Shown here in pieces: positions 37,161 through 45,887 of a stretch of DNA of 48,842 nt. Both the position numbers and the translations under genes were made by a program. The notes beneath the pieces were generated by a model. That model saw nothing but the letters and a program-made list of their open reading frames with translations, made no database searches and had not been told where the DNA came from. Source of the stretch: Draconibacterium orientale (lineage in GTDB: Bacteria; Bacteroidota; Bacteroidia; Bacteroidales; JAADGE01); assembly GCA_020721645.1 (NCBI GenBank), contig DYMH01000006.1, positions 1-48,842 on the forward strand, in the 5' to 3' direction. The stretch's first letter is position 1. Each line of letters starts with the position of its first letter.

Positions 37161-37447
37161 AAGTATCGTATTTTTAATTAGCTTGTTAAAAAATTATAAT
37201 GAGGGATATAAAAAAATAGTGTTTCTTATTATTTAAGCTCTGTTATTAATCAATAGTTCTGTAAAATTTGAAAATTATTTATTTTCAATGATTTATCTAA
37301 TAAATATCAGTTTTTGTATTCTGTTGATTATTACGTGCAAATGGTTTTTGGCGAAGTATTGATTCATTGAATTTTAATAAATGATTATCTTTTTGAAATT
37401 AAAAACAATCAGCATATCAGCACATCAAAAAAATAAACTAATTAAAG

Positions 37448-38314
37448 TCAAAGTATTGATTCCGGAACTGTTTCAGGTAAATATTTTTTAACGGCAAAAT
37501 AAGCCGAAATGCCGGACATACCAACAGCAAAGATAAAAATAAATATGAGAATCAACCAAATTCCGTTGAGTGATAAAAAACCCTGAGAGTTGGGTTGAAA
37601 TATCAAAAGCAAAATTACTAAAACGAGTGAAGTGATAGATGCTGAGATAGTTCCTGTTGTTATTCCGGAGATGAGCAATTTTTCCCTTTCCGATTTAATA
37701 TTGTGTTGTTCGTTGAAAACCGGAAGCCCCAACAGCCCGTTTTCGATAACCGATAATTTTATGGTGTGGTTGATATAGATGGCTATAATCAAAATAAATA
37801 TAAAAAATAAGCCTGATGTGATAAGATTGAATCTTGTGAGGTTAAAGTCGATGGCTTTTACCAAAGACTGTTCCCAAAAAAATTCACGAATAATCGGAAA
37901 ACGTTCCAAATCGGTTCTTATTGCGGAAATGCTGTCGGCAGAAGAGAAGCTGCTTTTAACTCGCACTTCAAATGAATTTGGAAGTGGATTGTTGCCCAAA
38001 AAATCGATAAAATCTTCGCCAAGTTCGCTTTCCATTTCGGCGGCGGCTTTTTCTTTACTCACAAATTTCAGTGAATCTGTGTAATATGTTGATTGTAAGA
38101 AATTTTGCAATTCCGTAATTTCCGATGATTTGGCGTTATTATCTAAAAAAAGTGTAAACCCAACGTTTTTTTTTGCCGAATCTGTAATTTTTTTTGCATT
38201 CAGCAGTGTAGTCAAAACAAAACCAAATAGTATCATTATCAATGAGATACTTAGAATTGATTTTGTCGAAATCAAATATTTTGAGCGATTTATTTGCGGG
38301 TTAGGGGTTTCCAT
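37448..38314 (-). CDS. ftsX: Cell division permease FtsX
   Basis: VSKE.A..E....LGEDF..FLG.NPL, four TMs, gene context; start uncertain. Confidence 0.8.
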   Translation of the reverse strand: METPNPQINRSKYLISTKSILSISLIMILFGFVLTTLLNAKKITDSAKKNVGFTLFLDNNAKSSEITELQNFLQSTYYTDSLKFVSKEKAAAEMESELGEDFIDFLGNNPLPNSFEVRVKSSFSSADSISAIRTDLERFPIIREFFWEQSLVKAIDFNLTRFNLITSGLFFIFILIIAIYINHTIKLSVIENGLLGLPVFNEQHNIKSEREKLLISGITTGTISASITSLVLVILLLIFQPNSQGFLSLNGIWLILIFIFIFAVGMSGISAYFAVKKYLPETVPESIL

Positions 38315-38373
38315 TTCAAGTATTTTACAGATAGTCAAAAATAGTGTATTTTTGTTATTTATTGCATACTTTT

Positions 38374-39921
38374 TTAAAAATCGTAGTAAAAATTGCTTAA
38401 TTGAGTTCTAAAGCCTACGAATAGGTATTTTTCATTTCGGTTGTTAAAAGTCCTGATGTCCAGACCGGTAAAAATAACAAAAAAGGTTCGCGGATTGCGT
38501 ATCCAGTCAATGGTTATAATTTTGTGTGAAATCTGATTTTCGGAACCCGAAGAGAATGGATTTTGTGTCGCTAAATAAATATCCGAAGTCATATCGTCTT
38601 CATTAACAATGGCTTTTGTGTATTTAAGATTGATATCGAATTTGTAGAAGCGATAGTTTATTTCTGTAAAAATTTCGCCGAACGAGCCGCCCAGCGGGTG
38701 TGCCAGTTCTTGATTGTAGTGCGACCAACTCATAAATTTATTCCTGTCGGCATACGTTCCGGCTGAGGCTTTGTTGTATTCAAACTGAAAATAGAGTTTT
38801 TGTTTTCGAATTTGATTTAAAAACATATCAAATATTTTTATTCCGCCTTGATAAGCATATTTGGATTTTTCGGGATTGTTTAGTGCAAACTGTCCATAAA
38901 GTTGTATCTGTCGTGTAATTTTTACTTTTGCATTCAGTCCCACAAGCAGATTGTTGTTTGAATAGAATCCGTATTTTGCTGTGTGCACTCCGATTATCGG
39001 AATGAAATAGTCCGGTGGAATTTTATTGATATACTTTGCTGTATCGCTTGTTTGAAAAATCATGCCTTCGAAAAATCCAAGTTCAAAAATATTTTTAAAC
39101 GAATAGCTCACAAAATTAAAAGCCGCATGTTTGGTGATATGCCTGTCGTAATACACGTTTTCAAAATCTTCCAATTGGGCGAATACCGAAACATATTTTA
39201 AACCTTTGTAATTTGTTGTAAATTTGATATTTGGGTAGTTGAAAGCGTTGTCTGAAAGCAGAACCGAACGATAACCTTCGCCAACAAAATTTTTGTCGTT
39301 TCCAATTTGAACATTAAACCAAGCAACGGGAGAGTATGACAAATATGCAACTGACGATGCAAAATCGAAGCCTGTTGTTTTATATGATTTTGGTGCCCCC
39401 TGGCCGGGTACAATTAATCTTTCGTTAACTTTTTGGGTGATGTATGGACGAAAAAAAGCTTGATTTTCTCGAAATGCTGTGTAAAATCCTAATTTAGAAC
39501 CTACAAATCCTTTTATTTCGAGTCCGCGAGTGTTGATTGAAAATAATTTTGAGCTGTCTTCGCTTTTATCATATTCAATATAAAAAAGAGGGTTGATATA
39601 AATTGAATAATCGGATTTTTCGATACCGATAAAATTTTCATAAAATAGTTTGCGATAAATTGCATTTTTTTGCCACCATTTTGCGTACATCACATCTCTT
39701 TGGTAGGTGAATAGGAGCGAGTCCATGTCGGTGTCGCGGTTGGTTTCCGAAATACGCAAAGGCTTGAAGCCTGTATTTATAGGATAATTTGAAGTATTTA
39801 TTGATGCTTCAATGGTTTGACTCATTTCGTGCCCAAGCGGCAGATTGATTTCTTGGGCAGAAATATCTGTAAATAGAAGAATCGCAGAAAAAAAAATGAT
39901 GAGCCGGAATATTATTTTCAT
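38374..39921 (-). CDS. Outer-membrane protein, RemB/Wzi-like
   Basis: Signal peptide, G..KNFVGEGYRS.LLSD, H.NQ.LAHPLG, C-terminal YYDF. Confidence 0.65.
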   Translation of the reverse strand: MKIIFRLIIFFSAILLFTDISAQEINLPLGHEMSQTIEASINTSNYPINTGFKPLRISETNRDTDMDSLLFTYQRDVMYAKWWQKNAIYRKLFYENFIGIEKSDYSIYINPLFYIEYDKSEDSSKLFSINTRGLEIKGFVGSKLGFYTAFRENQAFFRPYITQKVNERLIVPGQGAPKSYKTTGFDFASSVAYLSYSPVAWFNVQIGNDKNFVGEGYRSVLLSDNAFNYPNIKFTTNYKGLKYVSVFAQLEDFENVYYDRHITKHAAFNFVSYSFKNIFELGFFEGMIFQTSDTAKYINKIPPDYFIPIIGVHTAKYGFYSNNNLLVGLNAKVKITRQIQLYGQFALNNPEKSKYAYQGGIKIFDMFLNQIRKQKLYFQFEYNKASAGTYADRNKFMSWSHYNQELAHPLGGSFGEIFTEINYRFYKFDINLKYTKAIVNEDDMTSDIYLATQNPFSSGSENQISHKIITIDWIRNPRTFFVIFTGLDIRTFNNRNEKYLFVGFRTQLSNFYYDF

Positions 39922-39951
39922 AAACTGTTATACTGAAATGGAATTTGATGA

Positions 39952-40893
39952 TTAAAAATCTTTATATAAATCTTCGCGGTATTTTCCGTCTTTTTCGTCC
40001 AAAATGCTCAAATAACTTCGATAGCGGCTCTCGCCTACAATTCCCTTCCGAACAGCATCTTTAACGGCACAACCAGGCTCGTTAACATGTGTGCAATTGT
40101 AGAAACGACACTGTTTTTGTAAACGAAACATTTCCGGAAACCAAGCTGTGATTTCTTCTTTTTTAAAATCATCGATTCCAAAAGATTTAATTCCCGGAGT
40201 GTCAATAATGCGAAAATCGCTGAATATAAACATTTCGGCAAAAGTTGTGGTATGTGTTCCCGTGCCGTGTGAATCGGAAATTTGAGAAGTTTTTTGCATG
40301 TAATCAGGTTGAAACGCATTCAATAAACTTGACTTTCCGACACCGGAATTTCCCGAAAAAACAACAGTTTTACCTCTTAAAAATTGTCTAACATTTTCGA
40401 GATTTATTTTCTCTTTTATCGAAATTTCAAAACACGTGTAACCAATGTTCTCATACAGATTGAATAGTGATAATGCTTCATTTTTCGTTTTTTCGTTGTA
40501 AAGGTCTATCTTATTGAATACAATGGTTGCCGGTATATTGTAAGCTTCGCAGGAAACTAAAAAACGGTCGATAAATTCGGGATATGTTTTTGGATTTGTT
40601 AATGTTACCAAAAGCACAGCTTCGTCTATATTTGATGCGATAATTTGTCTTTGGTGTGAAAGATTAACCGAGCGGCGAATGATATAATTTTTTCGGTCGT
40701 GTATCCTTTTAATGACCCCGAGTTTTTCACTTTCCGAAATCTCAAAATCGACAATATCTCCTACTGCAACCGGATTTGTCGTTTTAATTGCCGAAATACG
40801 AAATTTTCCTTTTATCACGCATTGAAAAAGCTCTTTTTCAGATAATACCGTATATCGACTTCCTGTAGATTTAATAATTGTTCCTGTTTTCAA
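39952..40893 (-). CDS. rsgA: Ribosome small subunit-dependent GTPase A
   Basis: NKID, GNSGVGKSS, HTTT, DTPG, C.F.NC.H..EPGC. Confidence 0.96.
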   Translation of the reverse strand: MKTGTIIKSTGSRYTVLSEKELFQCVIKGKFRISAIKTTNPVAVGDIVDFEISESEKLGVIKRIHDRKNYIIRRSVNLSHQRQIIASNIDEAVLLVTLTNPKTYPEFIDRFLVSCEAYNIPATIVFNKIDLYNEKTKNEALSLFNLYENIGYTCFEISIKEKINLENVRQFLRGKTVVFSGNSGVGKSSLLNAFQPDYMQKTSQISDSHGTGTHTTTFAEMFIFSDFRIIDTPGIKSFGIDDFKKEEITAWFPEMFRLQKQCRFYNCTHVNEPGCAVKDAVRKGIVGESRYRSYLSILDEKDGKYREDLYKDF

Positions 40894-41076
40894 AATATTT
40901 TTTTTTGTAAATTAATTCATTTTGTGGTATTTTTTTACGGAAAATAAACATACTTTTATTCAAATGTATAGTGGAAAATGAAGTTGAAATAAATAAATGC
41001 GAATTTAACTAATTTGATACCATATCTAAATTATTCGCAATGTAAACTTTGAATTAAGATGTTATAATTCAGAATA

Positions 41077-41847
41077 TTAAAAATCAACTAAAAGTCCTAT
41101 CGGGCAATGGTCTGAATGTTTAACATTCGGTAAAATATTTGCGTCAATAATCTTGTACGAAAATTCTTTGTTTGTAATATGGTAATCAATTCTCCAACCT
41201 TTATTTTTATTTCTTGCTACGGCTCTGTAACTCCACCATGAGTATTGTTCTTTTTTCGCCGGATACAATTCTCTAAAGGTATCACAAAATCCAGAATCGA
41301 TAAACGATTGAAACCATTCTCTTTCTTCGGGCAGAAAACCTGAGCTGTTCAATTGTTTTTCGGGATTATGAATATCAATCCATAACCGACAAATATTGTA
41401 ATCACCCGAAATTATCAGGTTTTTTCGTGTTTTTTTTAGCTCATTCATATAATCAGAAAAATCGGCAAGCCATTGCATTTTAAATGCCTGACGCACATCG
41501 CCCATCGACCCCGAGGGGTGATAAACACTGATTATTGAAATATCACCGTAATCAATCCTGAGTAATCGCCCTTCATCATCGTATTTCTTATTATTTATTC
41601 CCAAAACAATATTGTCGGGTTCTATTTTTGTTAATATCCCCACGCCGCTGTACCCATTTTTTTTTGCAGAAAACCAGTACGAATAATATCCAAGATTTTT
41701 AAAAACCGAGCTGTCAATTTGTTCAGGCTGTGCTTTTATTTCCTGAATACAAACAATATCCGGATTTTCTTCTTTTAGCCATTCTGCAAAGCCTTTACTC
41801 AATGCCGAACGAATACCGTTCACATTGTATGAGATAATTTTTTTCAT
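41077..41847 (-). CDS. xth: Exodeoxyribonuclease III
   Basis: SYNVNGIR, QEIK, GYSGV, GDYN, WWSYR, GWRIDY, SDHCP. Confidence 0.96.
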   Translation of the reverse strand: MKKIISYNVNGIRSALSKGFAEWLKEENPDIVCIQEIKAQPEQIDSSVFKNLGYYSYWFSAKKNGYSGVGILTKIEPDNIVLGINNKKYDDEGRLLRIDYGDISIISVYHPSGSMGDVRQAFKMQWLADFSDYMNELKKTRKNLIISGDYNICRLWIDIHNPEKQLNSSGFLPEEREWFQSFIDSGFCDTFRELYPAKKEQYSWWSYRAVARNKNKGWRIDYHITNKEFSYKIIDANILPNVKHSDHCPIGLLVDF

Positions 41848-41873
41848 AAATATTTCTATTTATTATGTTGAGA

Positions 41874-44336
41874 TTAATGAAAATAGATTCTTTTTACCCG
41901 TTCGGAAATACCTGTGATGATTTCATAAGGAATTGTTTTTAAAATTTTTGCAAGTTCGTTGGCAGGAAAAGAATCACCAAAGACAATTACATCATAGCCT
42001 TCTTGTGCTTCAATTCCTGTAATATCGAGCATACACATGTCCATGCACACATTTCCAATTATCGGAGCGAATTGGGAATTTACAAGCATTTTCCCCTTCC
42101 CGTTACTCAGTTCTCGACGAAATCCATCGGCATAGCCCACCGGTACCACGGCGATTACAATGTCCGATTCGGTTTTCCCCATTCTGCTGTACCCAACTGT
42201 TTCACCTGCCTTCACTCTTTTAATTTGCGATATTTTAGTTTTCAATGTTCCAACATTCAATAATTTGGCTTGATTGTTCGGACTGAAACCGTACAGTCCG
42301 ATTCCAAGGCGAATCATCTCATAAGCAGCCCCGTTGAAACGTTCGATTCCTGATGAGTTTAGAATGTGTCTGATAATTTTATACCCGATTTGTTCCGTAA
42401 TTTGCCTGCTGATAAATTCAAACAGATTGATTTGCGATGCAGTGAAAGTGTCATGAACCGCTTCATCGGTAGCAACTAAATGCGAAAATATTGATTTAAC
42501 TTTGATACTACGATTTTTCTTTAATTCAATTATTAAATCATCAATTTCAATGTCTGTAAAACCAAGACGTTTCATTCCGGTATCAATCTTTACATGTATC
42601 GGATAGTCGGTAATACCTCGTTTTTGGGTTACTTCCGAAAAATAATTCAAGATGCGGAAACTGTAAATTTCGGGTTCCAGATTAAAATCTATCATGTTCG
42701 CGAAATTGTCGATTTCCGGATTCATCACCATGATTGGCAGCGAAATGCCGGCTTTCCTCAAAGAAATACCTTCATCGACATACGCTACACCCAGATAATC
42801 AACACGTTGATGTTGGAGCAAATTAGCAATTTCGTAGGTTCCGCTGCCATACGAAAATGCTTTCACCATTACCATAATTTTCGTTTTTTCGGGAAGTAAT
42901 GAACGGTAGTAGTTTAAATTATGAATAAGTGCCGACATATTGATTTCTAAAACCGTTCGATGTGTTTTTTCTTGTAAAAATTCGGAAATTGTTTCAAATT
43001 CAAAGAATCGTGAACCTTTCAGCAATATTGCTTCGTTATTAAAATCAGAGGAATGAACGCTGTTGAGAAATGTTTGTGTAGATAAATAAAATGAAGATTC
43101 TCCTATGAAATTAAATTGATTTCGTTGTTTCATCAGCGATTCACCGATACCGATAATCCTGTGAATATTGTATTTCCGAAAAATTGATGCAATAGCAGAA
43201 TACAGTGATTTGGAAGAATAACCGCTTTGCAAAATATCCGAAATTATCACTGTTTTTTTTCGATGTTGGTTTTGATTAGCCAATAAATCCAATGCTATCG
43301 AAAGCGAAGTGATGTCCGAATTGTACGAATCATTAATAATCGTACATTGATTACTCCCTTTTTTAATTTCCAGACGCATCTCAATATGAAATAATTCCGA
43401 AAATTTATCTAAATTAAAAGTATTAATATTACGAGTTAAAATTATATAAGACAAGCAATTCATCGTGTTTTCAAATGAAGCTCGGTCTTTAAATGGTATC
43501 GTAATGTTAAATATTTTCGACTGATAACTGAAAAAAATGCGTGTTCCGTGTTCCGTCTTTTCTGATTTTTCTACCAATAAATCGGCTTGTTTTTTTTCAG
43601 ACCATGTAAACCTTCGTATTTTTGAGAATCTACTGTCTTTATCTAATATCATATCTAAATCTTCATTATCTTTACAGTAAATTATTGATTCAGAATTGAT
43701 AAATAATTGTAGTTTCTCCAAAATTTTCAAATTTAAGTCCCTAAAATTTTCTTGATGTGCATTTCCGATACTCGTAAAAATTCCTATTTCGGGCTGTATT
43801 ATTTTTTCTAATAACTCCATTTCGCCCGGCATCGAAATTCCGGCTTCAATCAATGCCTCATCTGCCGAATTATCGAGCAAAGCTATTGATAATGGAACTC
43901 CAACTTGTGAATTAAAACTCTTCGGACTGCGAATGATTTTTGAATTATCCTGTAGAAGTTGAAACAACCATTCCTTAACGATTGTTTTTCCGTTACTTCC
44001 TGTAATACCTACAACTCTTTTTTTAAATTTTTTGCGAAAATATACAGCCAGGTCTTGCAGTGCTCTTGTCGTATTTTCGACGGTAATGTAATTGATATTT
44101 TCGACACTTTCGCCTTCCGGAATTTTACATACAATAAAATTTCGTACCCCTTTTTTTATCATATCCGGAATAAAATCGTGTGCATCGTGTCGTAACCCTT
44201 TTAATGCAAAAAAGAGTGTTGTATCTGAAAAAACAGCAGAACGGCTGTCAGTGAGAATACCGGCAATTTCTTGTTGAGGATTTCCAAATAATTTTCCACA
44301 GACAGCTTTTTCTACTTCCGACAGAAATATATTCAT
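41874..44336 (-). CDS. alr: Bifunctional MurF-like ligase / alanine racemase
   Basis: TDSR, GITGSNGKT, INDSYN, KGSR, then MVKAFSYGSG, DTGM.RLG, GYADG, CMDM; Bacteroidota fusion; ATG at 44336. Confidence 0.93.
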   Translation of the reverse strand: MNIFLSEVEKAVCGKLFGNPQQEIAGILTDSRSAVFSDTTLFFALKGLRHDAHDFIPDMIKKGVRNFIVCKIPEGESVENINYITVENTTRALQDLAVYFRKKFKKRVVGITGSNGKTIVKEWLFQLLQDNSKIIRSPKSFNSQVGVPLSIALLDNSADEALIEAGISMPGEMELLEKIIQPEIGIFTSIGNAHQENFRDLNLKILEKLQLFINSESIIYCKDNEDLDMILDKDSRFSKIRRFTWSEKKQADLLVEKSEKTEHGTRIFFSYQSKIFNITIPFKDRASFENTMNCLSYIILTRNINTFNLDKFSELFHIEMRLEIKKGSNQCTIINDSYNSDITSLSIALDLLANQNQHRKKTVIISDILQSGYSSKSLYSAIASIFRKYNIHRIIGIGESLMKQRNQFNFIGESSFYLSTQTFLNSVHSSDFNNEAILLKGSRFFEFETISEFLQEKTHRTVLEINMSALIHNLNYYRSLLPEKTKIMVMVKAFSYGSGTYEIANLLQHQRVDYLGVAYVDEGISLRKAGISLPIMVMNPEIDNFANMIDFNLEPEIYSFRILNYFSEVTQKRGITDYPIHVKIDTGMKRLGFTDIEIDDLIIELKKNRSIKVKSIFSHLVATDEAVHDTFTASQINLFEFISRQITEQIGYKIIRHILNSSGIERFNGAAYEMIRLGIGLYGFSPNNQAKLLNVGTLKTKISQIKRVKAGETVGYSRMGKTESDIVIAVVPVGYADGFRRELSNGKGKMLVNSQFAPIIGNVCMDMCMLDITGIEAQEGYDVIVFGDSFPANELAKILKTIPYEIITGISERVKRIYFH

Positions 44337-44349
44337 TTTTTTGAGAAAA

Positions 44350-45837
44350 TTATTTATTATTTTCGGGTGACCATTCACGGTATTTAATCTGTTTTGGAAA
44401 TGCTTCCGGCTTGAAAACAGATGATTTGTCGAACAATCGCAGGCACTCTTCAATTCCTTCTGTTACACCTGGGTGCGGATGCACAGTTTTATTCACTTCA
44501 TACAGTCCATTCTCTTCCCCGATTAAGTGGGCAACCGATACGATAAAAGCTGATGCCTGCGGGCTGGCAGCTCTCATGCCAAGAATTCGATTTTTTCCGT
44601 CGTTGCTGACAATTAATTTTACAAAACCTCTCGTGTTACGCATAGCAATGGTACGACTCACCATTTCGTTGGAATAATAGGATATGCGATACGGTATTTT
44701 TCGCTCTTGAAGTTGTTTCTCATTCAGTCCCACTGCGGCAACTTCGGGTTTAAAAAACATAAGAGTGGACATGTTTTCGTAGCTTATCGGATTGTTCACC
44801 GTGCCGTATATTGAATCCACAATGTAGCGACCTTGAAGTTGGGCTACGTTGTATAATTGTCCATGCCCAGTAATATCTCCTGCTGCGTAGATATTGCATT
44901 TTCCGATGTTTTTTATTTCGCAAAATTCGTTCATTCCTAGAGCCCCTCTTTTATCCACAGGAAAACCTATTTTTCCCAAGTTCAATTTATCGGTATTCGG
45001 AATTCGACCGATTGCTATCAATGCGACATCAACTTCCAAAACTTTACTTTCACCGCTGTCATAATCTAAAACAATTTCAAGAAAATTCTTACGTTTCCGC
45101 AGTGAACGTAAACTTGCTTCATGGTGAATAATAACTCCGTTTGCCTCAAGATTTTCAGAAACAAAATTGCTCAAATCGTCATCTTCAAAAGGAACAACAC
45201 GCTTTGCCCTGTCGAGTAAATGAACTTCTGTTTGGCGAAAATTAGAAAATATTGTTGCAAATTCGCAACCAATTATCCCGGACCCGATAATCATTATTCG
45301 TTTTGGAAATTTCTCCAAATCAAGTATCGTATCCGAATCGACAATCATTTTCCCATCGGTTTCAAAATCTGGGTGTTGGCGTGGACGAGAGCCGGTTGCT
45401 ATGATAAAAAAATCTGCACTTAACTTTGTGTCGCCTTCTTCCGATTTAACAAATACGGTATTTCGGTCAATAAAAGTAGCAAATCCACGAACTAAACTTA
45501 AAGAACCTTTCTTCGATTTTTCGGGAGAAAATGTTTCTATTTGCGAAAGCATCTGATATTGTCGTTCTTTGGCTGCCTGAACAACGGTATCTTTTACACA
45601 ATCGTAATCAACTGTCAAACCAGATGCTCGATAGCCTCTGTCGATACGTGCAGCTACCGAATAATCGCCCGAAAGTTCCCACATGGTTTTCGAAGTCAAA
45701 GCTCCGTTCATGATGCCTGCACCGCCAAGTTCGCCTGCCTCAATGATGCAAACTTTTTTTTCATAATCCAAGGCCCGTATTGCTGCCGAAAAGCCGCCCG
45801 GTCCGCTGCCTATGACTATTATATCAAAATCGTGCAT
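44350..45837 (-). CDS. Pyridine nucleotide-disulfide oxidoreductase family protein (Lpd/SthA-like)
   Basis: GSGPGG, ATGSRP, GSGIIGCE, YAAGD, HPHP..TE. Confidence 0.88.
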   Translation of the reverse strand: MHDFDIIVIGSGPGGFSAAIRALDYEKKVCIIEAGELGGAGIMNGALTSKTMWELSGDYSVAARIDRGYRASGLTVDYDCVKDTVVQAAKERQYQMLSQIETFSPEKSKKGSLSLVRGFATFIDRNTVFVKSEEGDTKLSADFFIIATGSRPRQHPDFETDGKMIVDSDTILDLEKFPKRIMIIGSGIIGCEFATIFSNFRQTEVHLLDRAKRVVPFEDDDLSNFVSENLEANGVIIHHEASLRSLRKRKNFLEIVLDYDSGESKVLEVDVALIAIGRIPNTDKLNLGKIGFPVDKRGALGMNEFCEIKNIGKCNIYAAGDITGHGQLYNVAQLQGRYIVDSIYGTVNNPISYENMSTLMFFKPEVAAVGLNEKQLQERKIPYRISYYSNEMVSRTIAMRNTRGFVKLIVSNDGKNRILGMRAASPQASAFIVSVAHLIGEENGLYEVNKTVHPHPGVTEGIEECLRLFDKSSVFKPEAFPKQIKYREWSPENNK

Positions 45838-45887
45838 GAATGCTGTTTTTATGCAAAGATATAATTTTTGAAGAATTATTCCGAATC

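Noticed and set aside
21877-44453. Longest-ORF starts at 22236, 23268, 26106, 30909, 36140 and 44453
   Set aside because: Paralog alignment, overlaps and promoter boxes favour downstream ATGs at 22182, 23187, 26010, 30894, 36110 and 44336.
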